64,000 bases of DNA from Trichinella spiralis (lineage: Eukaryota). The notes beneath the pieces were generated by a model that was not told the DNA's origin, did no database searches, and was given only the letters and a program-made list of their open reading frames with translations. Of the stretch, positions 13,459-27,776 are shown in pieces (the stretch's first letter is position 1; the number at the start of each line of letters is the position of its first letter). Where the stretch lies: contig NW_003526944.1 of assembly GCF_000181795.1 (NCBI RefSeq), positions 5,176,913 through 5,240,912 of the forward strand. The letters are read 5' to 3'. The position numbers and the translations under genes are program-made.

Positions 13459-13884
13459 TATGTTGCTCTTTTCACATGGCAATTATTTCGTTTCCATTAA
13501 ATTACTTATATATGTATGATTTTCATTTCACCAGTTTATGAAACATTTGAATAGTGTGAAAAATGAGTAATATCTTATGCAAATATTTACTTTTTTAATC
13601 TGTTGATTGCATTGTTGTATGATTTTGTTGAGCGCAATGCAATAATTAATTTAATGTACTTATGGAAAATTTTTATGTTACATTTCTCGCAAAGTTAAAT
13701 AGAAATGTGTCACTTCGTCGTTCTGATGATAGAGAACCATTTGAATTCAGATGTATAAATATAATTTGTATAAGCTGTATCGGCATTATTTTTACAGGTA
13801 AAAAGTTGATAAAGTTTCAACAACAAACTAAAAATAACATTTAAATTATATGTGAAATCATAAATTAAAAGTTGATACTGTAGG

Positions 13885-14448
13885 TGTTGAGAAATCTTGT
13901 CAAACCACCTTCTAATTATAAGCTAAATTCGCGCGAACGAAAACAACTCTGACCTGATGACATTCCACCCCGATGTTTTTCTCAAACGGTGAACAATGGA
14001 ACCACAATAAATCTGTCTAAAGGTCAGCGTCTACACCATAGAGCTGTCACAACTGCGGTGGTCAGCTGCTGGTAACGCATAACGTTGAAATGGCCTGAAA
14101 ACGCGGGTGCTCAGACCAAAGCTACCTAAGCCAGCCACATAGATGGACAACAGTCGAAATTCCACTAATTAATTGACAGAACCAGGGGGTCTAACCGAAC
14201 GAGATGCGCTGTCAGATCACTGTCTCCGGTATAAGTATAAGCGAAGAAGCTGGAAAAACATACACGCGAGAAATTTGCGATCAGAACACTTCAACTGTTC
14301 ATTCGTTGCTGTCTCATTACCTAGCCTTTGGTTGAACTGAATAAATTTTAATTAAACAGCATAGATTGCTTTCAATCGTTTATAATTAGAAACATACAGT
14401 CCACTTGGAAAAAGGGATCTTCAAGTTTGAATCGAAGATTTCTGAACA
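13885..14448 (+). mobile_element. Solo LTR (564 bp), 5-bp TSD GTAGG
   Basis: Ends TGTTGAGAAATCTT / AAGATTTCTGAACA. GTAGG at 13880-13884 and 14449-14453. Shares blocks with 1145-1728 (aacggtgaacaatggaa, aaaggtcagcgtc, ggtggtcagctgctg, gatcttcaagtttgaa). Confidence 0.9.
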
Positions 14449-14899
14449 GTAGGTTGTTTAATTGAATGATAAGAGAAATGTTAATAGCAAACATAATCAG
14501 GCAAAAGTATCTACGAGCGAGTTTTAAAAATATTAAATATTATAAAAAGTTGAAGTACGTTTTATTTTATTTTATTTAAATCATAAGCATTAAAAAATTA
14601 TCTTCATTATCTGTTCATTATTTCTGTACCTTCTGGCAAACTACTGTATCCAGTGTATAATTAATATTCTCCTCATAAATAAAATTACACAATGATGAAA
14701 AATATATGATCATTGGAAATGTGTAGAAATGTTTTTAAATTATTTTAAAATTATGTTATTAAAAGAAAATTTTTTAACAATGGATACTGTAATTCATCTT
14801 AATTATCTTTAGGCTAGAGTACCGTGTGCTTGATTGTTCAGTAATTTTAGTTGCGGTATGTAAATTTATTCATTTATTGATAAAAAAAGTTTATACTGA

Positions 14900-17332
<2,433 letters not shown>

Positions 17333-17502
17333 ATTTTATTTTTCGAATATGGGAATTAAAGTTTTGTGTTGAAAACAGAAATTTCTTTTCTCTGCTTCAA
17401 TTAATGATAATTGGAAAATTGTTTTCCAAAAATTGAACAATGTTTTACTTTTATTATTAATCTTGTAATTAATATAAAGAAGGGAAAAAAGCATATTTTA
17501 GA

Positions 17503-18700
17503 ATGTGGCAGCAAAGTTTCGTGGCATTTCGGTTGTTCAATTGTGCTATTATTCGTCCACGATGTTGCTGCAGTAGTAGACAACTACGGGAAATTGAAAA
17601 TCGCTTGTTCATGGTAAATTCTGTAGAATCGGCGTGTGAAAGTGATTTTCCCACGGAAAAAATTGCAAAAGAAGATTTTGAGACGAATCGGCAATTTTTG
17701 CCTGCTTATAATTCAAAGTACAAACCGAGACGGTATTTTCGTTCTTACACTTTGGCTCCGTTTGTTAATGATTCAGAATTGTTGCGCAATTTTGTCGAAA
17801 TTGGAGTTGATTTGTCGAAATTGGAATCCCGCTCGAATGCGGTTGATTTTCTCGTCAAACTCGATTGGAAAAACGATGTACAACCGATGCTTCGTTTTCT
17901 GGTCTTGAACGGTATTCCATTGGAAGAAATTGGCCAATATCTAACCCGTAATCCTTGGATATTTCAACAAAATTTACAACATCTCTCAGATAGGATCGGA
18001 TATTTGAAATCGAAAGCATTCACCGTTGACGCGATTGCTCACATCATCAACAAGGCCAGATATTGGTTGAATTTCGATATTCAAACAATCGACTCTCGGT
18101 TAGGTTGGCTGCAAATTAATTTCAAGCTTACTGGCGATGAAGTGCGGGATGTTGTTACCAAAGAGCCAAAGTTGATCACTTTTGGTACCGGATACGTGCA
18201 GGTATTTCGATTGTATTATTTTTTATTTGTCTTTTGTAAATTTTTAATCTTTTTTTTCTATTTTAGAGATTGCAATTCACATTTGGACAAGAAATGGGTT
18301 TTACAAAAATTCAAACGAAACAATTGCTAATTAAAGATCCGAAATTATACATTACTTGTATGCTTGTTGTTATTTTTAGAATGTTTATTGATTTCATTAA
18401 TGCTAAATTTATATATATATAGATAGATCAGTTTTGATGAAAAGTTTTGATTATTTGCACAATGTGGTTGGCTTTTCTCATGAGACAATTTTAAGCTGGC
18501 CGCGTTGCTTACGTGAATCAAGTTACAAAGCAAGGGCGAGGCATCAGTTTTTGAAACGTTTAAAAAGAGATCAATTCGACCCACAACGTCCGAATTATGT
18601 CACTGTTGAAGCGATGCTTTCCGGCGATGATGGTGAGTTTTGTGCACGAGTGGCCAAATGTCCCGAAGCGGTGTATAATGAATTTTTGAAGCAGTTGTGA
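17503..18700 (+). CDS. MTERF3: Mitochondrial transcription termination factor family protein, MTERF3-like, 3 exons
   Basis: Exons 17503-18201, 18267-18357, 18423-18700. Basic presequence; LAPFVNDSELL..GVDLSKLE; IDSRLGWLQ; FDYLHNVVG; RARHQFLKRL..FDPQRPNY..D.EFC..VAK. Confidence 0.85.
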
Positions 18701-19057
18701 ACAAAACTGCAAATTATAAATTCACAGTTGTCGTTTCATATTTGCAACTTTGATATCTTGAATATGTTGCAGTTGTTTATTATGATTTTTATCTTAAATT
18801 TGATTTAAACCATAACGAAATCTTTTTTGTTTTGGAAAATTTTCTTCCTAGCTGTAATATGAAATAGGCCAGTTGATCATCTTTGATTGAACTGAAACTT
18901 TTTGACAAGCTGGTCAGTGTATGTCCTAATTTTGTGCCTGACCGGACCATTTGTTGTGACCACTGGTAAGATTAGGAACAAATTTCCGACCTCATTTGCT
19001 GCAATTTCATATAAAACAAGCATCTGAGAAATTTTGCAGCTGTGAAAGTATACAATA

Positions 19058-20266
19058 ATGCTTTTTCACAGACTTTCAACCGCCAGTTTAATTTTGCTTA
19101 TTTCATTGTTGGTCACTTTAACACTAGCCGGAAGTGATGTGAATAATTATTTGGTCGGTGCTCCGGTGGTTGATTGCCAAGATACGTCGATCAGCATTAC
19201 ATTCAGTACGGCAAAACCGTTCACCGGTCGTGTTTATGTCAAAGGGCTGCAAGAGGATGATCGGTGTTCACGCAGCTATGCCGGCAATAGTGAACAGCGA
19301 AAATTCACCATCATGGTCAATCAGGGTGATTGTAGTATGCAAAGACAGCGGGTTAGCGGTGGTTCGCTGGAAGGGATGATGTTTTCAATGGTCATTGTGG
19401 TCAGCTTTCACGGCACATTTGAAACAATGAACGACAAAGCATTCCGTTCAGTTTGCTTTTTCAGAAACATCAAACGTGTGACCAATTTTCTGGACGTCAG
19501 CATGCTTCCCACTACTGAGCTGATGGACACTGGCAAAATGCCCGATTGTTCGTATACGATTCGCAAAGATTCACCCACTGGTCCGGTGATTCGTTATGCC
19601 GAAGTGGGCGATCGTCTTTTTCACGTTTGGGAATGCGAAGACGATGGTCAAGGTTTGCTGGTCCACTCGTGCTGGGTGTCCGACGGTAGGGGTAGTCGAT
19701 TTGAATTGCTTGACATTGATGGTTGTGCTATTGATCCGGTCATACAGCCGGACATTCGATATGAAAAGTCGCTAACCAGAGCTTACGTCGAAACTTGGGC
19801 TTACAAATATTCTGACACGTCGGTATTGGACTATCAGTGCATAGTGGAACTTTGCAAAAAATCACAAGGAGAATGCGACACGATGACGCCGCCTAGATGC
19901 GTTCGTTCCAAACGTGCTTCTGCAAATGTTGGCAACAAGCAGCTTCGTTTGCATGCCAATCGTCAGAGACGTCATGTGGTTCACAATTCTGACAGACAGT
20001 TTGATTTGTTGGCTGATGTCCGCGTCATGGATTCATTGGTTGTTGATCAAGAATTTGGAAACGTACCCAAATCAATCATCGACAAGCTCAACCGTGTCAA
20101 CAGTGGCGTCGTTCGCAATGCAACGGCTTCGGATCTCGGCGATCGGCTGTGCTTAAGTGCACCGGCTGTCGGCTTTTTGCTCACTTTGATCGTCGCGTTG
20201 TTCATAGCCGCTTCTACGACAAGCCTACTTTTATTTACAAGGCGTGGTGATGCTGATTTGAAGTAG
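19058..20266 (+). CDS. Cuticlin (ZP-domain cuticle protein), single exon
   Basis: Signal peptide; FSTAKPFTGRVYVKG, VVSFHGTFET, MPDCSYTI, VGDRLFHVWEC, DGCAIDP; furin-like RSKR and RQRR; C-terminal TM. Confidence 0.93.
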   Translation: MLFHRLSTASLILLISLLVTLTLAGSDVNNYLVGAPVVDCQDTSISITFSTAKPFTGRVYVKGLQEDDRCSRSYAGNSEQRKFTIMVNQGDCSMQRQRVSGGSLEGMMFSMVIVVSFHGTFETMNDKAFRSVCFFRNIKRVTNFLDVSMLPTTELMDTGKMPDCSYTIRKDSPTGPVIRYAEVGDRLFHVWECEDDGQGLLVHSCWVSDGRGSRFELLDIDGCAIDPVIQPDIRYEKSLTRAYVETWAYKYSDTSVLDYQCIVELCKKSQGECDTMTPPRCVRSKRASANVGNKQLRLHANRQRRHVVHNSDRQFDLLADVRVMDSLVVDQEFGNVPKSIIDKLNRVNSGVVRNATASDLGDRLCLSAPAVGFLLTLIVALFIAASTTSLLLFTRRGDADLK

Positions 20267-23053
20267 GTAGTTGATTAATTATTTATTTAGTAATTTTTAT
20301 TCTTCTCTTCTGATCGAGCCTTTGATGTCACTGCTGTGCTGATGTGAACAAATTGCACATTTCATTCATATATTCAGTTCATTGTTTTTGTGCAAAAATT
20401 AAATTCTCACAGCTAACAATTAATTAATTAAACTATTTACATATATACTGCTAAGTAATACAGTTACATTTTCAACAAAATGTGGGAACAGTGTGTTCAA
20501 AAAACAATGGGAAAATGTTAATCAAAAAATTGTTTTCTAAACCAAACAATACTAGCAACAAAAATGTACAATATTTCTGTCAATTTGAAATGCAATAAAC
20601 TCGAATGCTGTTTTTAAAATTTTAATTTAAAAATGAAAACAAATACTCTTATGTTATAATATATTTTGAGATTGATATTTTAAATTTAATTAATTGCACA
20701 AAAAAGTAAAATGAATAATAAAAATATATAGTAAAATGAAATACAATATATATTATAATAATAAAAGGAAAAAAGTTTACAAGTGCAACATTACTTCTGA
20801 AGTAAAGGAACGAAGATTCAAAATGGCACTTAATGATCACATTACTGTATTTAGTATTTGGTGTGCTTTAAAGTAATTTCAACTGAAATGTAATGTTGTT
20901 GTATTATTATTTGACGGATGTTTCCCATTAGTGGTTGACTGACCTAATTTGTTAAATCACTGATAAGAAGCTGATCATTTTACTAGCAATCAGGTTAATT
21001 GACTAAGGTACAGGGGAATACTGCGACCTATCAAGCAAGGTTCGACTTTCTACCTTTCGAAAATTATATTGCAGTTTCCTTGAATTCCTATATGATTTTT
21101 GTTTGTACTCTGTGTGAGAACGGTGTGTAGAAGCAAAACAATGCAAATAATTGTATTTTTCAGAAATAGAATAAGTTTGAACAATAAAAAAACGGACATT
21201 ATTCCGTTTCATATTGTCATTGCCACTGAAATGCAAATTCTCCCTATTCTGAAATTGTCACTTACAAAGCTTTGTTGCTTCGATGGCTAGAAGACGCAGA
21301 AGAACAATGACTGCAAAACTGAAATCGATTAGACAAATTACTGTTATTGACAATTCACACAGATAGCTAAGAAATTAAAATATATTCAGTGACTTGAATT
21401 TACAGTTTTCAAATTCCCGTGAGCAACAGCAGCATTTATTATCAATACAACATGTATTCAATAAAAAGTGTCCCATAAAATTATTTGAACCTTCCAAAAT
21501 CCATACTGTACAAGGGAAATTTACCAACTTATGTAGTATTTAAAATAGTAGAATGCTATCTTATGAAAAGTCATAGTTCGTCCTAGACATATTGTAATGA
21601 TAAATATTTGGATAAATAAAACCTACAATTAAAAGTTATCAATGTAAAATTCAAAGCGTATGATAATTGTTTATCTGTAAAATTCAAAATTAAGCAAAAT
21701 CAAAATTAAAAAATACGCATTTAAAAATTTTAAAATTAAAAATAAATATGAAAATTTAATTTATGAAATTAATTTTTGGTGAGTTATATTGTACTATTTC
21801 TGTGATTCACAACAAAGAAGAAAATTTGAATAAATTATCATAAATATATTTTATATTGTATTTTAAAAATTATACTGGTTTTAAAGGATTTAAATTTAAT
21901 TAAAATGAAATTAATTTGGCAAAAATGACGTACTATTAGGTCATTTATTTTTCTTTGTTTTCTTTTATTTACCTGCTTATCATAACCTACAGTATTATCC
22001 TGAGTTGGCAGTTATTGTTATCTTTGCCTCGTTATGTTTCGAAAGTAACTTTTCATATTTGTTCGGAATGAGTAAATAACTGTAAAGGTAAGGTATCTTT
22101 CTGCCGATATTATCAAGACATCGCTCTTACGCTGTTTGAAATTCTTCCTTATTTCTTCACGCGCTGAACATTTAGTTTATAATTATTGATTTATGTTTCT
22201 TTTTTGTTTTCTCATATTCTTACTCATATTTGTCTTCTTTAACTTTTTACGTTATTTTTATTTTTTTATTTTTGTAACTTAACTTCTAGTTGAGGTTATT
22301 TTTCTCAATATTATCATTTTGGCGCAAATTGTAGTGTTTTTATTGATGCACGCTATGAGGAACGCAACTGTTAGTTTCGGTTTTCATCCGATAATTGGTA
22401 TGTAAACAGTTGAGTTTTGATGCTCATGAATAAGTGTTTCTGCGTAATTGTGAAGTGTGTTAGCGATTTATTTTCTAACATGCATTTTTTGAAAACTCAG
22501 ACTTTGTCTTTGAACAGTATTTCAGTGCTTGACTATTTGAATATGGAAATGCATTTTTAATCTTTCAGTCTTGCGCGCCTGATTGAATTGGCTTATTTTC
22601 TGTTTTACTTTTAAATTTATGATTTAGATGAATTTGAAGCAGCATGAAAATATGTCATATTAGTATTATTTCAAAGAGAGAAATCCATGAAAATTGTTAC
22701 TTACGTTGGTTTTCTTGCATAATACTTTTAATTTAATATTTTTTTGATATTTAATTTTCTTTTTTTAAAAATTATCTTTGGGAATAATTTATTTTATAAG
22801 GAATAAGATTTTTTTTCATTTTATTTGCCGAAGTATTTGTGTAACTTTTTTCAACGTTGAGTGCGTCGTTGGGAGTCATTAGGCGTATTAGTGCTATCGT
22901 AGTTGTGTGTTAAATATAATTACGTTTCACTGAGGAAATTTGATAATGTTTATCTTTTTGCGTGTTATAATTTTGCTTATGTTTGATTGCACTCGACGAT
23001 CATATTAATTAATTTTAGTGTGAACCAAAGCAAGCCAGTTCAGTTCTACAGTT

Positions 23054-24547
23054 ATGTCTATAGAATACGGTGTAAACGTTAGCAATAAATTTGCTGTCTT
23101 TTTGGACGATGACATCGAATCCATGGAATATTTTGTAAAGCAAACACCAAAGCATGCTGCAGTGGAAGACCGAGGAGCTATTAAGAAGGAAAAGAAAGTG
23201 GACGAAAAGAAAAACGCATCGCCTGGTCAAGTCGCATTTGGAAAAGGAAAAGAGAACAAGCCAGGTCAAGATAATGGCATCAAGCGTGCAGCTGTTGACA
23301 GACCAGATGAACGCCATGAAGTGAAAGATCGTCCAAAACAAGAACGGTCGCACGTGGCACCCAAGGTACAATCCACAGCTCCCAGTTTTGGAACTTTTGG
23401 AGAGGAGCGTTCGATGGCTCGTTTCGGTGACAATGGGCGATACAATCGAGGAGTCGGTGGAAGTCGTGCTCGCGGCCGAGGGCGTTATTTCGGCGGTCAG
23501 AACAATATTCAGGGCCGAGGTCGAGGAAGTGGGCATAGTAATGCCGGTTTTGGCTATGGCACTGATAATGCGGATCATGATTTAAAAGCTGAAGAACCGT
23601 TTGGTACATTTCATAGTGGAAATTTTAATGAAGAATCACCAGATGGAGCAGGTCATGGTACTGGCCAGCGGGAAGGGCGTGGTCGTTTTCAAAATCGTGG
23701 ACGCCGTGGTTTTGGTCGTGGACGTGGTTTTGATCGGGGTAATGCGGGAGAACGAGGTGGTTTTCGATCGTATGACAAGAAACCGCAGAATGTTGATTCT
23801 GGCGCGAATTTGGACGGAAATGGCGATGTGGGAAAGAATAATGAAGTCGTCGCTTCGGATAACAATGACAATTGTGGAGCCAAGCATGAAACGTAAGTGA
23901 CATTTGGAAATTATTATTTTTAATTTTTTTTAGCAAAATAGTATATTTCATAAATAATAATAGAATTGCGAATGGGGATACAGCGGAAGAAGTTGCAGTT
24001 GTACGCGAAGAACTTACTTTGGCAGAATACCGAGCTAAACAGGTCAGTGGAAATGTTTTGAGAATTATATTTTAGCTGTGAACAGTGCACTGCACCCGAA
24101 GCTGTCTGTATATAGCTTTGTTTATAATTGATGCTAAATTTATAGCCACCAAAGTCGAAGCCACAGTTCAACATAAGACGTCCGGGAGAAGGCGAAGCAA
24201 ACAACTGGAAAGGATTTGTACCCTTGCAACGTTCTCGTAAGCAGAGTGAATCGGAGGTGAATGGAGGAGTGGAAGAAGAACCTGGAGTAGAAATCAGACC
24301 TAACAAGAAAGAAGTTATTCCTATTGATATTTCTTATTCTGATCAAAGTGCGCGTCACTTGAGACTGAATCGTGGAAGAGGACGTGGTTTTGGACGTGGA
24401 GGGCGTGGTGGACGTGGCGATCGAGGAGGAAATCGACGTGGCGGATTTGATGGTTTTGGAGGCGGCGTACATTTGAATCGTGAGACGCGTCAGGATCACG
24501 TACCGTACAGTATTGACGATGAAAGTTTCCCAGAGTTAGGCTCGTAA
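23054..24547 (+). CDS. SERBP1: SERBP1/HABP4/VIG-family RGG RNA-binding protein, 3 coding exons
   Basis: Exons 23054-23892, 23964-24042, 24146-24547. YGVNVSNKFAVFLDDD, RGG tracts, ELTLAEYRAKQ, FNIRRPGEG, C-terminal DDESFPELG. Confidence 0.88.
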
Positions 24548-26124
24548 ATGAAATGATATGCTTGACTGGAAAGCTGAACTGAAAAATATTTCGAGTTATT
24601 GCATTTATTAAACAAATTAACTTTGCAAGGATGATGACAGACTTAATTTCATTATTTGATCTATTGTTTATTTTTATTTTTATTTTTATTTATCTTTCTT
24701 TCCACAGTTTTTCAGTTTTGTGTTTTAATGTATATGTTTATATATACATATACATATACGTATAAATATGTATGTATGTCATCTGTGTATATATATTCGT
24801 ATATATGTGTATACTCTACTGGACTACTATTACTTATAGTTTCTGAACATTTTCATGTAGTTCATAATTTGTTTTCTTTTTTTTTGATTCTTCTATTCTT
24901 TTTAATGACTTCACGATCACTGTGTCTGCATGATTGTGATTTCATGTGTTGTAGCAGTTCCAAATAAATCGTCATCCTGCACATTTCATAAGGTATTTTT
25001 GCTTTATTTCGTCATTCAGTTGGAAAAGAGCAGCAAGAGTTAGTTGTATTGTTTTTGTATAAATAACTATATTTATATAGTTTTCTGAGATTTAAATGTT
25101 CGTATGTGGATGACTATACTGTATAATATTACGTAATAAAAAATGCTGTATTCTATAAAATGTATTACTTTTATTTGATATATAAATATATATATATGGT
25201 AGTTATTTAAGTTTTATTGTTAAAATATGCTTGTTTCATTTTAAATATTCATTTGTATTGATTTTTTGCGCAAATGGCTGAAATTGTTCAGTTTGATTTG
25301 CTATCGGAATGAACCATATTACTTTTTCATTTCGAATTTATAAATTAACGGCTTTAATACTGGTCATCTTTGGATTATTTAACTCTAACTATGATGCTTA
25401 ATAACCGGTTTTAAGACTGTAAAAATCAAAATTAATGGGATATTATAGTATTTCCAATCGAAAAAGCACTTCAAAAAATACGATGACGTCATTGTATTTA
25501 GTCTAAAATGTTGATCATCCATCTTCAAAAATATGAAAAATCAAATGTAAAATATCACAATTTAATTGTAGTATGCAAAGTGTATTGATTCAAATTTATT
25601 ATTTTTTTCAATTTCTCAGTGTAGCGCGTTTTGTAATCGTTTGCATACATTAAAACCTGTAAATTATTAATTACCGTTCTGTTCTACTTTGCACAAATTA
25701 TTTTCACTTGTTCGCATAAAATTTCGTAAATGTGAAAAATAATTTATATTACTTTAAAGTGTAAATAAACTCTATCAATTTGATGTTGTGGTGTACTTTT
25801 GTCCAAGTGTTTGAATTTCTATTCAACTTCAATAAATCGGAAAATTATTGATTTTCAATTGGCAAAGAGTAGATTTTTCAAATTGAAATTTATCGTATCG
25901 TGAAAATTAATAAAAATTTCGGAATAAAACGCCAAAAATTCACTATTCAATCATACTATTCTTTCACTTACCGTAAACTGTTTTTATGGGTTAATTTTAT
26001 TTTGTGATCGTCAGATTTTTGTTTGGCACTAAATTGTGCAGTGGATGAGTAGTGATTGTGTTGAAAATTGTATAATGTTTTTTTAATTTTGAAATTATAT
26101 TGATTTTTCCTCATTTTTAGGATA

Positions 26125-27099
26125 ATGATTGGCATTTTATGTCGGTTGACAAATTTGCATGGGGTTTGTGGCTTTTGTCGAAGTGGACAGAAACTTTCCA
26201 CTTACAGACGTGCGTTGTTTTACGTTCCAGCCAATCAGGAGAGAAAGTTGCGGAAAATACCACAACTTGTTGCCGACAGTATTGTGCTTGACTGTGAAGA
26301 TGGTGTAGCTGAAGTGAGCAAAGCTGACGCGCGAAACAACGTGATAACTTGGCTTCAGTCTGCCAGACGGTCGTCGGTGAAATGCGAATTAGCTTGGCGG
26401 GTGAATTCGCTGCAGAGTGGATTGTTGGAAGAAGATCTGAAGGCGATTTCTGAAGCTAAAGTGGAGCTCGAAACGATTCTGTTGCCGAAGGTGAACAGTA
26501 TTAATGATTTGAGACAGTTTTCAGTTTTGTTTCGAAATTATTTTCAATACATTAAAAAATCGATCATGCTGTTAATATACGTAGAAAGTTCCCAGTCGTT
26601 GTTAAATATGGAGAAGATTGTCAACGCAGCGATGAATCTCAGCACGTTCTGTCCTCTTTATTTGGACGGTGTGGTGTTCGGTTCTGACGATTATTGTGCC
26701 GACATTGGCGTGCAGAGATCCGATGATGGAATGGAATTAATTTACGCAAGACAACGATTTGTCAGCGTCTGCAAGGCGTTCAAATTGCAAGCAGTGGACA
26801 TGGTTTACAACGATTACAAAAATCTCGACGGATTAGCCGCCCACTGCCGCCAGGCTAAGGGCTTGGGTTTCACTGGCAAGCAGGTTATTCATCCGGATCA
26901 GATAAAAATTGTTCAAGATTCATTCATGCCAACCGCTGAAGAGTTGGGACGTGCTAAGGAAATTGTGGAAGAATTTGAAAAAAAGAAAACATCCGGCATT
27001 GGTGCTTTTACATTTCACACCAGCATGATCGACATGCCGTTGGTGTTGCAAGCGATGCGAACAGTTAAATTAGCCGAACAATTTCCCATAGCTCAGTAG
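26125..27099 (+). CDS. CLYBL: Citrate lyase beta-like / citramalyl-CoA lyase, single exon
   Basis: RRALFYVP, LDCEDGVA, VFGSDDYCADIG, GFTGKQVIHP, MIDMP; short basic N-terminus suggests mitochondrial targeting. Confidence 0.93.
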   Translation: MIGILCRLTNLHGVCGFCRSGQKLSTYRRALFYVPANQERKLRKIPQLVADSIVLDCEDGVAEVSKADARNNVITWLQSARRSSVKCELAWRVNSLQSGLLEEDLKAISEAKVELETILLPKVNSINDLRQFSVLFRNYFQYIKKSIMLLIYVESSQSLLNMEKIVNAAMNLSTFCPLYLDGVVFGSDDYCADIGVQRSDDGMELIYARQRFVSVCKAFKLQAVDMVYNDYKNLDGLAAHCRQAKGLGFTGKQVIHPDQIKIVQDSFMPTAEELGRAKEIVEEFEKKKTSGIGAFTFHTSMIDMPLVLQAMRTVKLAEQFPIAQ

Positions 27100-27776
27100 A
27101 AATTCAGTTTTCTGCCAACGATCATTTTCTTCAATACTGTACTTTAGAGCATGATTTCTTCCAGAATTTCTGGATCGACTTTTATTTGAATTACTCTTTT
27201 GCAATTCACGTTCACCGTTCGAGCAAATGTGGAATTTTCTTCCAAACATGCTGTTTTTGTTTTAAATTTTTTATTTTTCCTACAAAATAGTCGATTCACG
27301 AGTTAGTTGCACATGTTGAGCAGTAAAATGAGTAATTTTCGATTATTATTTTAATTCATACAACAATTTTTTCCTTACTGCTACTTTTAGAAAATATCCT
27401 TTTCGACAAAAGTTTATAATTTTAAATTATACAAGTGTGAAAAGAATCTTTTTCATTTCATTATGCGAATACTCGTTATTTATGTATTATTATAATTTGA
27501 AGTTTTATTGTTTTCTCTTTTCAGGCTAAACTTTCACTGGAATCGTGTCACGTTTCAAGATGAAATTCTCTCCATTACAGTTACAATAGAACGTTGATGC
27601 CATGCAATTTTTGTATCTTCTCTCCTTTCATCATTTGAGGGTCAAATCGAAACAAGGTAAGCAACAGCAACAACAGATTTGTTTGATTTTTTCTGATTCC
27701 GCTCAATATTTTCTTATTCATATTTTATTTTTATTATTATTTCCAACTTTGTATAATTTTTAACTTCTCATCATCA

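Noticed and set aside
1145..14448. One 13-kb LTR element capturing host genes
   Set aside because: Each LTR has its own TSD and the two are strongly diverged.
18358..18422. U12-type intron in MTERF3 (GTATGCTT donor)
   Set aside because: Deviates from RTATCCTT and has no convincing TCCTTAAC branch site; treated as U2.
23015..24499. Antisense and alternate-frame ORFs over SERBP1
   Set aside because: Shadow ORFs of GC-rich RGG codons.
26125..27099. Bacterial citE horizontal transfer
   Set aside because: Motifs (RRALFYVP, LDCEDGVA, MIDMP) and the presequence match animal CLYBL; an acceptor precedes the ATG.
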